Source: Methylococcaceae bacterium (GTDB lineage Bacteria; Pseudomonadota; Gammaproteobacteria; Methylococcales; Methylomonadaceae). Taken from it: a DNA stretch of 37,938 bases. The first letter of the stretch is position 1; each line of letters starts with the position of its first letter. Both the position numbers and the translations under genes were made by a program. The notes below the pieces were generated by a model. The model had not been told where the DNA came from. It ran no database searches and worked only from the letters and a program-made list of their open reading frames with translations. The DNA is taken from positions 1 to 37,938 of the forward strand of contig JAUXDP010000001.1 of assembly GCA_030618325.1 (NCBI GenBank), given 5' to 3'. Below, in pieces: positions 18,011 through 27,568 of the stretch.

Positions 18011-19045
18011 ATGATCCCAGAGGACTTCCATAAAGCATTACTTGATTGGTTTGATGATCACGGGCGAAAAGACTTGCCGTGGCAAAAAAACATCACTCCT
18101 TATAAAGTTTGGGTTTCCGAAATAATGTTGCAACAAACCCAAGTTGCTACGGTTATTCCCTATTTTGAACGGTTTATGGAAAAATTCCCTACGGCCGAAG
18201 CTTTGGCAGATGCAGATTTGGATGAAGTGCTTCATAGTTGGTCAGGTCTTGGCTATTATGCCCGTGCCAGAAATTTGCATAAATCTTCTCGCTTGATTAT
18301 GAACCAAGATTTTCCGAACACGCTAGAAGATCTTACACAATTACCGGGTATTGGGCTATCCACAGCTGGAGCAATTTTATCCATCGCCTGCCAACAAAGT
18401 CATGCTATTTTGGATGGCAACGTCAAGCGTGTCTTCACTCGATTTAAAGCCATTGAGGGATGGCCAGGGCAAAGCAAAATCAACAAGGAGCTATGGGAGA
18501 TAAGCCAGCAATATACGCCTCTCAAACGTACTGCCGAATATACTCAGGCAATTATGGATTTGGGCGCAACAATTTGTACCCGCAAAAATCCATCCTGTAT
18601 AAAGTGTCCGGTCCATTTGGGTTGTAAAGCCAAACAGTTAAATAGAATAGATGACTTTCCAACCCCAAAACCCACTAAAACATTGCCGGTAAAACAATGC
18701 GCTTTTTTGATTCTGAAAAATTCAGAAAATGAAATCCTACTGGAAAAACGTCCGCCGACAGGAATTTGGGGCAGTTTATGGAGTTTTCCAGAATTTACAG
18801 ATATTCAGGCCGCCTGTTTTTGGTGTCATGGCAAAAACATTCAAACTGATAAGTTACAAACGCTATCGCCTGGAAGGCATACCTTCTCACATTATCATCT
18901 CGATTATTCAGTGATATTGATAACAACCGAAAACCCTACAAATTATGTGATGGAAGCCAATCACTCAGTTTGGTATAAAGCTCAAAATAAAGATAAAATT
19001 GGCTTACCTACACCGATTAAAAAACTAATTCAAGAAAACATCTAA
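18011..19045 (+). CDS. mutY: A/G-specific adenine DNA glycosylase
   Basis: 344 aa. HhH-GPD region (LPGIGLSTAGAILS), 4Fe-4S cysteines (C-x6-C-x2-C-x5-C: CTRKNPSCIKCPVHLGC), and a NUDIX-like C-terminal domain. Followed by yggX, as in E. coli. Confidence 0.9.
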   Translation: MIPEDFHKALLDWFDDHGRKDLPWQKNITPYKVWVSEIMLQQTQVATVIPYFERFMEKFPTAEALADADLDEVLHSWSGLGYYARARNLHKSSRLIMNQDFPNTLEDLTQLPGIGLSTAGAILSIACQQSHAILDGNVKRVFTRFKAIEGWPGQSKINKELWEISQQYTPLKRTAEYTQAIMDLGATICTRKNPSCIKCPVHLGCKAKQLNRIDDFPTPKPTKTLPVKQCAFLILKNSENEILLEKRPPTGIWGSLWSFPEFTDIQAACFWCHGKNIQTDKLQTLSPGRHTFSHYHLDYSVILITTENPTNYVMEANHSVWYKAQNKDKIGLPTPIKKLIQENI

Positions 19046-19056
19046 CGAGGAAACTA

Positions 19057-19329
19057 ATGACTAGAATAATTCATTGTACAAAACTTGGCATCGAAGCAGA
19101 AGGTTTGGACAACCCTCCTTTTCCAGGCCCAAAAGGACAACATATTTATGAAAATGTTTCGAAACAAGTGTGGCAAGAATGGCTAAATATGCAAACCATT
19201 CTTATTAATGAGCATAAGCTTGCCAGCTTTGAACCCAAAGCCAGAAAATTTCTTGAGCAAGAGCGGGAAAAGTTTTTATTTGCTGATGGCATTGATATGC
19301 CTGAAGACTATGTTCCTACAAAATCCTAA
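19057..19329 (+). CDS. yggX: Oxidative-damage protection / Fe(2+)-trafficking protein YggX
   Basis: 90 aa, collinear with E. coli YggX (I.C......EG.D..P.PG..G..IY...SK..W..W...QT.LINE). Confidence 0.9.
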   Translation: MTRIIHCTKLGIEAEGLDNPPFPGPKGQHIYENVSKQVWQEWLNMQTILINEHKLASFEPKARKFLEQEREKFLFADGIDMPEDYVPTKS

Positions 19330-19367
19330 GAGGCGGGCTTATACTACGCACCGGCTAGTGCATTTAG

Positions 19368-19530
19368 CCTAGAAAGATCAGTTGGGTGCGGAATTATAGT
19401 GCAAGCTATTGGTTTCAAAGTACTTTGAAAAAATCTTAGCTTCACCCATTCGGTTAAGCGGGTATTTTTTTGAAGTGCTATGGAATCAAAAGCTTGTGCT
19501 AGAATCCGTGATCCAACTGATTTTCCTAGG
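19368..19530. mobile_element. Palindromic MITE/REP-like element, full-length copy C (163 bp)
   Basis: Same family as 15075-15237. Lies in the convergent yggX/rho gap. Confidence 0.8.
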
Positions 19531-19570
19531 TTTAATCTAAATCCCCCGCCAAAAAAAATTGTCGGGGTTC

Positions 19571-20827
19571 CTAGCGCCTCATAGACTCAAAAAATTCAGC
19601 GTTGGTTTTGAAATCCTTAAGTTTGCCCAGGATAAATTCTGAGGCAGCTATTTCATCCATCGGCTGCAATATCTTTCTCAAAATCCAGGTTTTTTGCAAC
19701 TCTTCAGGATCAACCAGATACTCTTCGCGACGGGTACCGGAACGATTGATGTTAATGGCTGGATAGACTCGTCTTTCAGCAATTTTGCGATCCAGATGCA
19801 ATTCCATATTGCCCGTACCTTTAAATTCCTCGTAAATAACTTCATCCATTCTTGATCCAGTATCCACCAAAGCGGTCGCAATAATAGTCAGGCTACCGCC
19901 TTCTTCAATATTACGTGCGGCACCAAAAAAGCGTTTAGGTTTTTCCAGAGCATTTGCGTCCACCCCACCCGTTAATATTTTTCCAGAAGAGGGCGCTACA
20001 GTGTTATACGCTCTTGCAAGACGTGTAATTGAGTCTAACAAAATAACTACATCGTGTTTATGTTCAACCATTCGCCTGGCTTTTTCAATAACCATATCAG
20101 CGACCTGAACATGTCGGGTAGCAGGCTCATCAAAAGTACTGGATACGACTTCGCCTCGAACACACCGCTCCATTTCGGTTACTTCTTCTGGGCGCTCGTC
20201 TATTAGCAACACAATCAAGTAACACTCTGGGTGTTTCTCAGCAATGGACTGGGCTAGACTTTGCATAATCATGGTTTTACCGGCCTTTGGCGGTGAAACA
20301 ATCAAGCCCCGCTGGCCTTTACCAATAGGTGCAATCAGATCTATCACTCTCCCCGTCAAGTCTTCACTGGTACCATTGCCCAGCTCCAGAACAAATCTTT
20401 CATTTGGAAAGAGAGGAGTTAAATTAGTAAATAGAATTTTATGTTTAGCATTTTCAGGGGCTTCAAAATTGATTTGTTCAACCTTGAGCATAGCGAAATA
20501 TCGCTCGCCTTCTTTAGGTGGGCGGATCTTGCCGCTGATGGTGTCCCCTGTTTTTAAACTGAATCGGCGAATTTGGCTGGGAGAAACATAGATATCATCA
20601 GGACCAGCAAGATATGAGCCTGAAGGAGATCGTAAAAACCCGAAACCATCCTGTAAAATCTCTAAAACACCATCGCCAAAAATATCTTCACCACTTTTTG
20701 CCTGTCGTTTCAAGATGGCAAAAATTAACTCCTGCTTTCTGGTTCTGGAGACATTATCTAGTCCGAGTGAGTCGGCTATATTTATGATTTCACTAATTTG
20801 TTTTAATTTTAATTCACTAAGGTTCAT
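19571..20827 (-). CDS. rho: Transcription termination factor Rho
   Basis: 418 aa. MNLSELK start, RNA-binding OB domain, Walker A PPKAGKT, and highly conserved C-terminal motifs. Confidence 0.97.
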   Translation of the reverse strand: MNLSELKLKQISEIINIADSLGLDNVSRTRKQELIFAILKRQAKSGEDIFGDGVLEILQDGFGFLRSPSGSYLAGPDDIYVSPSQIRRFSLKTGDTISGKIRPPKEGERYFAMLKVEQINFEAPENAKHKILFTNLTPLFPNERFVLELGNGTSEDLTGRVIDLIAPIGKGQRGLIVSPPKAGKTMIMQSLAQSIAEKHPECYLIVLLIDERPEEVTEMERCVRGEVVSSTFDEPATRHVQVADMVIEKARRMVEHKHDVVILLDSITRLARAYNTVAPSSGKILTGGVDANALEKPKRFFGAARNIEEGGSLTIIATALVDTGSRMDEVIYEEFKGTGNMELHLDRKIAERRVYPAININRSGTRREEYLVDPEELQKTWILRKILQPMDEIAASEFILGKLKDFKTNAEFFESMRR

Positions 20828-21019
20828 ATGTAGAAATAACTAAGAATTTTATGCGTACACATCTGAGTGCACAGAAAAGGAAAACTGGAGTGGGGTATAT
20901 TTTAGTTTGTGTGGTATTTTTAGTGCAATGAAGTATGCACCGTCTAAGTATAACTGAAAATTCTGACCCGTCAAATAAATATATTCAATGGGCCAGGAAA
21001 AGCATTTGCTTTCAAATTC

Positions 21020-21095
21020 AAAACCTCAGTTGCGCGCCCCTAAAACGAATAATATTCAATACTTTACTTGCCAAGGAGTGCTTTACTGAGGTTTT
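21020..21095 (-). terminator. Long-range 11-bp stem downstream of trxA, in the rho leader; possible terminator or attenuator structure
   Basis: aaaacctcagt (21020-21030) is the exact complement of actgaggtttt (21085-21095). On the minus strand the 3' arm runs into ttttgaattt. The 54-nt loop makes this atypical. Confidence 0.3.
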
Positions 21096-21101
21096 ATCAG
21101 G

Positions 21102-21428
21102 TTAAATATTACTATCGATAAATTCGGCTAATTGGGTCTTGGTTAAGGCACCCACTTTGGTACCTTCTACTTCACCATCTTTAAAAAGCATCAATGTTGG
21201 AATCCCTCTAACGCCATAATGTTGTGGTGAATCAGGGTTTTCATCGATATTCAGTTTAGCAATAGTCAATTTACCTTTATATTCTTCTGCAATCTCATCC
21301 AATACGGGGCCAATCATTTTGCATGGACCACACCATTCTGCCCAATAATCTACTAGTACCGGCCCACTCGCCTTGACGACAACTTCGTCAAAATCACTAT
21401 CCGTTACATGAAGGACTTCTTCACTCAC
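21102..21428 (-). CDS. trxA: Thioredoxin 1
   Basis: WCGPCK active site. I prefer the GTG start at 21428 ([10 protein letters not shown]..., 108 aa) because GGAG sits 6 nt upstream of it. The ORF-track start at 21440 is a TTG that overlaps that SD. Confidence 0.92.
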   Translation of the reverse strand: MSEEVLHVTDSDFDEVVVKASGPVLVDYWAEWCGPCKMIGPVLDEIAEEYKGKLTIAKLNIDENPDSPQHYGVRGIPTLMLFKDGEVEGTKVGALTKTQLAEFIDSNI

Positions 21429-21660
21429 GTTTATCTCCAAATGTTAAATAAGTCAAAACTATAGGAGGGATGGGCTTGTTTTGTCAATATATTTATCTGC
21501 TTTCTACATTTATTCTCTGGATTGCAGGGTGATTTTATTCTTGCTTAGGATCGAAACCCCTTAAAGTATAGGGCACTCACCCATACTTCGCATGACCGCG
21601 CGAAGTTACCAATACAGAGGGAGATGTGATAAACAAGAAAATACGTTATTCTATGTTGTC

Positions 21661-22944
21661 ATGAAAAAAACCCACTTAACAGAAACCCGATTCAGTAATC
21701 TTGAATTATCCAACTCTATTCTCCGTAGCCTTCGAGATGCCAATTTTGAGAATTGCTCTCCAATTCAGGATCAAGCTTTGCCATTGGCTTTACGAGATAA
21801 GGATATTGCCGGACAGGCACAAACCGGCACCGGGAAAACAGCTGCTTTTTTATTAGCTACTTTTCAGCGCCTGATTAATGATGAGAGTGAAACAATCAAA
21901 AATCCCAGGGCTATCATTATCGCTCCAACCCGTGAACTTGCTATTCAGATTCATAAAGATGCCTTACTACTCAGCTCACACCTGGATTTAAAGTTTGCTT
22001 TGATTTATGGCGGTACTGATTATAAAAAGCAATTGCTACAAATAAAAGCCAATGTAGACATCGTTATTGGTACACCCGGCAGAATCATCGACTTTTATAA
22101 ACAAAAAGCATTTACTTTGGATAATATCCAGGTAATGGTTCTGGATGAAGCCGACCGCATGTTTGACATGGGGTTTATCAAAGATATCCGTTTTTTATTA
22201 CGCCGGATGCCCGCACCAGAAAAACGCTTAAGCATGCTTTTTTCTGCAACGCTTTCGTTTAAAGTGACAGAGCTGGCCTACGAACATATGAACAACCCGA
22301 TAATGATTAAGATAGAAACAGAGGCGGTGACCTCTAAAGCTATCAATCAATTTGCTTTCAGTCCGGCCAATGAGCAAAAAATTCCGCTATTAATCGGTAT
22401 TTTAAAAAGCCACAAACCTGAACGCTGTATTATATTTGTTAATACTAAAAAAGCCGCCGAACAGCTTAGTGATTATCTTGGAGCCAATGACTTTAAGGCA
22501 GCCACATTAAGCGGGGATGTTCCTCAAGAGAAGCGCCAGCGATTACTAAACAGTTTTCAGGAAAATAAACTACCCATTATGATTGCGACTGACGTTGCAG
22601 CAAGAGGATTACATATTCCTGATGTTTCTCATGTGATTAATTACGACCTGCCACAGGACGCTGAAGACTATGTCCACCGTATCGGCAGAACGGCACGTTT
22701 TGGTGCCAGTGGCGAAGCAATTAGTTTTGTTTGTGAAGAATATGCCTATTCCATGCCAGATATTGAGGCTTTTATAGGCGAAAAAATTCCTACACAGACC
22801 GTTACCGATGATCTTTTGGCGAATGACATTAAACAACCGGAAAAAAGGCCATCGCGCTCGTACAATAAACCACGCAAATATCCATCACAAAAACAAAGTT
22901 CTCAGAACAGGAGTCGACCACCCACATCTAACAGTAACTTGTAA
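21661..22944 (+). CDS. rhlB: ATP-dependent DEAD-box RNA helicase RhlB
   Basis: Start taken at the ATG at 21661 (MKKTHLTETRFS..., matching E. coli MSKTHLTEQKFS). Motifs AQTGTGKT, DEAD, SAT and HRIGRT are present, with a basic C-terminal tail. Divergent from trxA-rho as in E. coli. Confidence 0.9.
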   Translation: MKKTHLTETRFSNLELSNSILRSLRDANFENCSPIQDQALPLALRDKDIAGQAQTGTGKTAAFLLATFQRLINDESETIKNPRAIIIAPTRELAIQIHKDALLLSSHLDLKFALIYGGTDYKKQLLQIKANVDIVIGTPGRIIDFYKQKAFTLDNIQVMVLDEADRMFDMGFIKDIRFLLRRMPAPEKRLSMLFSATLSFKVTELAYEHMNNPIMIKIETEAVTSKAINQFAFSPANEQKIPLLIGILKSHKPERCIIFVNTKKAAEQLSDYLGANDFKAATLSGDVPQEKRQRLLNSFQENKLPIMIATDVAARGLHIPDVSHVINYDLPQDAEDYVHRIGRTARFGASGEAISFVCEEYAYSMPDIEAFIGEKIPTQTVTDDLLANDIKQPEKRPSRSYNKPRKYPSQKQSSQNRSRPPTSNSNL

Positions 22945-22946
22945 GT

Positions 22947-23603
22947 TTAAAGCCCAACCATTAGCTCTCTAAAATCTTCAATGGCAGGATAGCCATCAAT
23001 GATCCTTTTTGCTTGACTGGTATCGGGCAAACTGACTGAAATCACATATTTTATCCCAAAGGCTCTGGCAGAACTTAATACTGCCAGATTATCGTCAATC
23101 AACACCGTTCGCCGTGGATCAAAATGATATTTTCTCTGAAATAGCGGCCAAAAATCAGCATGTTCTTTGGGTTTGCCAAAATCATGCGAGGACACCAGTT
23201 CATTAAAAAAATGCTGGAGACAGGTTTTTTCCATTTTCAAATCCAGACTGTCTCGATGGGCGTTAGTGACTAATATCACCTGCTGCGAAGATTGTTTTAT
23301 TCGAGTCAGGAAATCAGTAACATGAGGTAAGACACTAATTAACCCAGCAATCTCCCGCTTTAAGCCAACAATATCCAGTTGCAAAGCTTCGCTCCAGTAA
23401 TCCAGGCAATACCATTCCAGCTTGCCCTGCATCGCTTTAAATTGTGGGACTAATTGTCGTTTGGCTTCTGCTAACGTAATTTGCTGCTGTGTTGCGAAAC
23501 TTTGTGGCACAAATTCCTGCCAGAAATGATTGTCGAAATTCAAATCCAGCAAGGTTCCGTCCATATCCAGTAAAACGGTATCAATTTTTTGCCAATCCAA
23601 CAT
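22947..23603 (-). CDS. yrfG: HAD-family GMP/IMP nucleotidase YrfG-like
   Basis: 218 aa. DTVLLDMDGTLLDLNFDNHFWQ and WYCLDYWSE are near-identical to my recollection of E. coli YrfG. Confidence 0.8.
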   Translation of the reverse strand: MLDWQKIDTVLLDMDGTLLDLNFDNHFWQEFVPQSFATQQQITLAEAKRQLVPQFKAMQGKLEWYCLDYWSEALQLDIVGLKREIAGLISVLPHVTDFLTRIKQSSQQVILVTNAHRDSLDLKMEKTCLQHFFNELVSSHDFGKPKEHADFWPLFQRKYHFDPRRTVLIDDNLAVLSSARAFGIKYVISVSLPDTSQAKRIIDGYPAIEDFRELMVGL

Positions 23604-23642
23604 TAATCTAGGTATAGTATTAAAAATTATTTCATTCCTAAG

Positions 23643-24188
23643 ATGCCAGAAAAGCCAAAAATCCTCAATAAAAAAGTTCTAGCTACCACGAGACTGTTCT
23701 GTATTGAAGCACTGGATCTAGAGTTCAGTAATGGAGAAAAACGCACTTTTGAACGATTAGCCCGCAGTGGATCAAATGGAGCCGTTCTGATTGTACCCAT
23801 GTTGGATGCTGAGACGGTATTACTGATTCGGGAATATTCCGCGGGTACAGATCGTTATGAATTAGGTTTACCTAAAGGCAAAACTGAACCTGATGAACCC
23901 ATTTTAGCAACAGCAAACCGGGAATTAAAAGAAGAAGTAGGCTATGGTGCGCGTGATTTGGTGCATCTAACCACCGTTTCTATCGCGCCAGGCTACCTGG
24001 AACATACCACTGATATTGTTCTTGCTCGTGATCTGTATGAAGAAAAATTACCTGGAGATGAACCAGAAGAGCTAGAAGTTATTCCCTGGAAATTATCTGA
24101 AATCCCAGATCTTTTAGCTACAGGGGAATGTACCGAAGCTCGTAGTATTGCGGCATTATATTTAACAAAGGAGTTTCTCAAAGCATGA
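23643..24188 (+). CDS. nudE: NUDIX hydrolase, ADP compounds hydrolase NudE-like
   Basis: 181 aa. Nudix box GKTEPDEPILATANRELKEEVGY. LDLEFSNGEKRTFERL and LPGDEPEELEV are collinear with E. coli NudE. Confidence 0.85.
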   Translation: MPEKPKILNKKVLATTRLFCIEALDLEFSNGEKRTFERLARSGSNGAVLIVPMLDAETVLLIREYSAGTDRYELGLPKGKTEPDEPILATANRELKEEVGYGARDLVHLTTVSIAPGYLEHTTDIVLARDLYEEKLPGDEPEELEVIPWKLSEIPDLLATGECTEARSIAALYLTKEFLKA

Positions 24189-24982
24189 CCGAAAATCACT
24201 ATTCTTCGTTACTAGACCCAGTCAAAACTATCGCTGAAGTCGCGGGCGAAAAAATCATGGCTATTTATGGCACGGAATTTAAAGTCGATACTAAAGAAGA
24301 CAAATCACCTTTAACAGAAGCCGACCTGGCAGCGCATCACTATATTGTTGAAGAATTAGAAAAAATATCATCCTACCCAATTATTTCCGAAGAGTCTTCC
24401 GACATCCCCTTTGCCGAGCGTAGTAGCTGGGAGACTTATTGGCTGGTCGACCCATTGGATGGTACCAAAGAATTTATTAAACGAAATGGTGATTTTACTG
24501 TCAATATTGCATTGATCCATCAACACCATCCGGTTTTGGGTGTGGTTTATGTGCCTTTTAAAAGGGAATCATACTATGCTGTTGAAGAAGGGGGGGCATT
24601 TAAACAAACTATGGATGAGGCGCCACAAAATATATCAGTCAAAAAACAATTCACCGATGATCTAGTCGTTGCTGGCAGCAGCTCCCATGTCACCGAAGAG
24701 CTGAAACAATATTTGGACAAATTACCTCAACACGAGCTTATTTCCATTGGCAGCTCATTAAAATTTTGTCTGGTTGCCGAAGGTACCGCCGATTTGTATC
24801 CCCGCATCGGATTAACCAGCGAATGGGACACCGGCGCTGCACAATGTGTTGTTGAACAAGCAGGTGGATTAGTCACCGATTTACAAGGCAATAAACTGCA
24901 ATATAACACCAAAGAATCTTTTTTGAATCCATTCTTCTTGGTATTTGGTAACACCAGCTATGACTGGACTCAATACGTTTAA
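24185..24982 (+). CDS. cysQ: 3'(2'),5'-bisphosphate nucleotidase
   Basis: 265 aa. Inositol-monophosphatase-family motifs (WLVDPLDGTKEF, SSLKFCLVAEG, WDTGAAQ). The start overlaps the nudE stop (ATGA). Confidence 0.88.
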   Translation: MTENHYSSLLDPVKTIAEVAGEKIMAIYGTEFKVDTKEDKSPLTEADLAAHHYIVEELEKISSYPIISEESSDIPFAERSSWETYWLVDPLDGTKEFIKRNGDFTVNIALIHQHHPVLGVVYVPFKRESYYAVEEGGAFKQTMDEAPQNISVKKQFTDDLVVAGSSSHVTEELKQYLDKLPQHELISIGSSLKFCLVAEGTADLYPRIGLTSEWDTGAAQCVVEQAGGLVTDLQGNKLQYNTKESFLNPFFLVFGNTSYDWTQYV

Positions 24983-24999
24983 AATATAGAACCTCTTCC

Positions 25000-25653
25000 A
25001 TGCAAACCCTAAAAAATCTATTAGATAGCAACAGAATTTGGGCTGAAAACATTAGAACACAAAACCCTAATTTTTTTACCGATCTGGCTCACCAGCAAAT
25101 GCCGGAATATTTATGGATAGGCTGTTCAGACAGCCGCGTTCCAGCCAATCAAATAGTGGATTTGCAACCTGGTGAAATTTTCGTACATCGCAATATCGCC
25201 AACCTTGTCGTCCATACCGACCTCAACTGTTTATCAGTCATCCAATTTGCTGTTGAAGTACTCAAGGTTAAACATATTATTGTCTGTGGCCATTATGGAT
25301 GCGGTGGAATAAAAGCAGCGATGGAAAGCAAAGTTCATGGATTGATAGATAACTGGCTTAGGCATATTAAAGATGTCTATCGGTATCATCAGGCAACAAT
25401 TGATGCAGTGGAAAATGAGCAGGAAAAATTAAAACTACTCTGTGAAAGAAATGTTATCGAGCAGGTTGCTAATGTTTGCCATACTACAATTGCCCAAAGA
25501 ACCTGGAAAGCAGGGAAAGAACTTTCTATTCACGGCTGGGTATATGATATCGAAGATGGTATTTTAAAAGATTTGGGAGTTTGTGTTACCGGGCTGGATC
25601 AATTGAGTTCCACTCATTTGTTAAAACACTACAGGGCAAAGGATTCTATTTAA
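25000..25653 (+). CDS. can: Beta-class carbonic anhydrase (Can type)
   Basis: 217 aa. WIGCSDSRVPAN, FVHRNIANLV, GHYGCGG. Collinear with E. coli Can. Confidence 0.9.
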   Translation: MQTLKNLLDSNRIWAENIRTQNPNFFTDLAHQQMPEYLWIGCSDSRVPANQIVDLQPGEIFVHRNIANLVVHTDLNCLSVIQFAVEVLKVKHIIVCGHYGCGGIKAAMESKVHGLIDNWLRHIKDVYRYHQATIDAVENEQEKLKLLCERNVIEQVANVCHTTIAQRTWKAGKELSIHGWVYDIEDGILKDLGVCVTGLDQLSSTHLLKHYRAKDSI

Positions 25654-25762
25654 AAGGCTTAGCAAAAGACCTACCCTTACTATACGAGCTTTCCCTCAGC
25701 AAAAAGAAATCACTATCAAATAGCTGTGTAAAGTATAGTGGGGTGTAACTCAAGAGCTACCA

Positions 25763-26908
25763 ATGCTAATACCCATCAAAAAAACTTTTATTTTTGTTTT
25801 TATTGCGATATTACTTGCTGCTAGTTACTACTATCTTAAGCAACCCAAGCCCATTACAGTAAAAATATATACTGTAGAAAAAGGGCAGGTTAAATCTACC
25901 GTTTCCAATACCCGAGTTGGCACAGTAAAAGCCTGTAGACGCGCTTTTCTCGCTCCGGCAACTGGAGGCGAAGTTGCCAAACTGCATGTTGAGGAAGGTG
26001 ATGTAGTTAAAGAAAGACAGGTGTTAATGGAAGTCTGGAATGAAGACCTGAAAGCACAGGTGGAATTGCAGATGGCTGAAATAACCACCAAGCAAGCGGC
26101 AGCCAGGCAAGCATGTCTGTTGGCGGCCGGAGCCGAAAGAGATGCGGTTCGCCTGAAAAAATTACAAAAACACAATCAAATCGTTTCTGAAAATGATGTT
26201 GATGATGCGGTTACATTAGCTCGGGCTAACAGAGCTGCCTGCCAATCAAAAAAAGCGGCTATACAAGTCAGTCAGGCTCGATTAAAAGTTGCCCTAGCAG
26301 CCGTACAACGCACCATGGTTTTTGCGCCGTTTGATGGTACTGTGGCTGAGGTCAATGTTGAACTCAACGAATTTGTCACGCCCTCTCCACCAGGCATTCC
26401 GACATTACCCGCCATTGATTTGCTGGATATCAGCTGCCTGTATATTTCAGCACCCATTGATGAAGTAGACGCACCCCGGATTAAACTGGGTATGAAAGCA
26501 TGCGTTTCGCTAGATGCTTTTACGGAAAAACGCTGCTCTGGAATAGTGACCCGCATAGCCCCATACGTTCTGGAAAAGGAAAAACAGGCACGAACTGTCG
26601 AAGTCGAAGTCAAACTGTCAGATCCAAAAGAAACCCAAGATCTCCTGCCAGGCTATAGCGCCGATATAGAAGTCATTCTAAATAGCAAAGAACAGACCAT
26701 ACGAATTCCCACTGAGGCTATTATAGAAAATAATCGGCTAATGATCCTCAACAGCGAGGGCGTACTTGAAGAACGTGATTTTCAACCAGGTTTAAGCAAC
26801 TGGAATAATACTGAAGTAATTACCGGATTGGACGTCGGTGAACAAGTGGTACTTTCTATTGGTCTTGATGGTGTAAAAGCCGGAAATAAAGCCATTGCGG
26901 AACAATGA
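25763..26908 (+). CDS. HlyD/MacA-type periplasmic adaptor (membrane fusion protein)
   Basis: 381 aa. N-terminal TM anchor, lipoyl/barrel-sandwich motifs, and a central coiled-coil hairpin. Translationally coupled to the next gene (ATGA). Confidence 0.8.
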   Translation: MLIPIKKTFIFVFIAILLAASYYYLKQPKPITVKIYTVEKGQVKSTVSNTRVGTVKACRRAFLAPATGGEVAKLHVEEGDVVKERQVLMEVWNEDLKAQVELQMAEITTKQAAARQACLLAAGAERDAVRLKKLQKHNQIVSENDVDDAVTLARANRAACQSKKAAIQVSQARLKVALAAVQRTMVFAPFDGTVAEVNVELNEFVTPSPPGIPTLPAIDLLDISCLYISAPIDEVDAPRIKLGMKACVSLDAFTEKRCSGIVTRIAPYVLEKEKQARTVEVEVKLSDPKETQDLLPGYSADIEVILNSKEQTIRIPTEAIIENNRLMILNSEGVLEERDFQPGLSNWNNTEVITGLDVGEQVVLSIGLDGVKAGNKAIAEQ

Positions 26909-27567
26909 TCCAGTTGAAAAATATCCAACGATATTTTCAGGTTGGAGACCAAACCGTTCGAGCGTTAGATAATATAACTTTAACTATTGAGAACGGAGAA
27001 TACATTTCGGTAATGGGGCCATCTGGATCAGGAAAATCCACTTTACTAAATATTATTGCCTTGCTGGATCACCCTACTTCTGGGCAATATCTACTCAATA
27101 ATCAAGATGTCACACAACTGGATGATGATGCTCTGGCCAGGGTACGCAGGGACAATATCGGATTTGTATTCCAGTTCTTTCATCTGATCCCAAGGTTATC
27201 TGCAGCCGAAAACATTGAAATGCCCATGATTTTAGCTGGCATCAATAGACAGGAGAGGCGGCAACGGGTTAAAAAAGCCGTGGCAGCCGTTGGTTTATCC
27301 GACCGAGCTGACCACCGGCCCGATCAGTTATCAGGCGGTGAGTGTCAACGGGTCGCTATTGCCAGGGCCACCATCATGCGACCTGGAATATTGCTTGCTG
27401 ATGAACCCACTGGAAATCTTGACAGTCATTCCGGTATCGAAATCATTGAGCTTCTGGAAAGACTCAATCAGGGAGGGGTGACGTTAATCATCATCACCCA
27501 CGACCAGAGTCTTGGCGACCGGGCTAATCGCCAGATTCGCATTATTGATGGCAAAATCGCCACATAA
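26905..27567 (+). CDS. ABC transporter ATP-binding protein (MacB/LolD family)
   Basis: 220 aa. Walker A GPSGSGKST, signature LSGGECQRVAIARA, Walker B LLADEPTGNLD. Confidence 0.9.
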   Translation: MIQLKNIQRYFQVGDQTVRALDNITLTIENGEYISVMGPSGSGKSTLLNIIALLDHPTSGQYLLNNQDVTQLDDDALARVRRDNIGFVFQFFHLIPRLSAAENIEMPMILAGINRQERRQRVKKAVAAVGLSDRADHRPDQLSGGECQRVAIARATIMRPGILLADEPTGNLDSHSGIEIIELLERLNQGGVTLIIITHDQSLGDRANRQIRIIDGKIAT

Positions 27568-27568
27568 T

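Noticed and set aside
21592-21660. N-terminal extensions in the ORF track: rhlB from 21592, the permease from 27512, the DUF3450 gene from 8605, trxA from 21440, and lexA from 31996.
   Set aside because: In each case an internal start gives the conserved N-terminus or a proper signal peptide, has a better SD or removes overlap with the upstream gene. The extensions begin at TTG/GTG or lack an SD.
27320-27345. The ABC signature reads LSGGECQRV instead of the common LSGGQQQRV.
   Set aside because: The two residues after LSGG are variable across ABC families, so this is not evidence of altered function.
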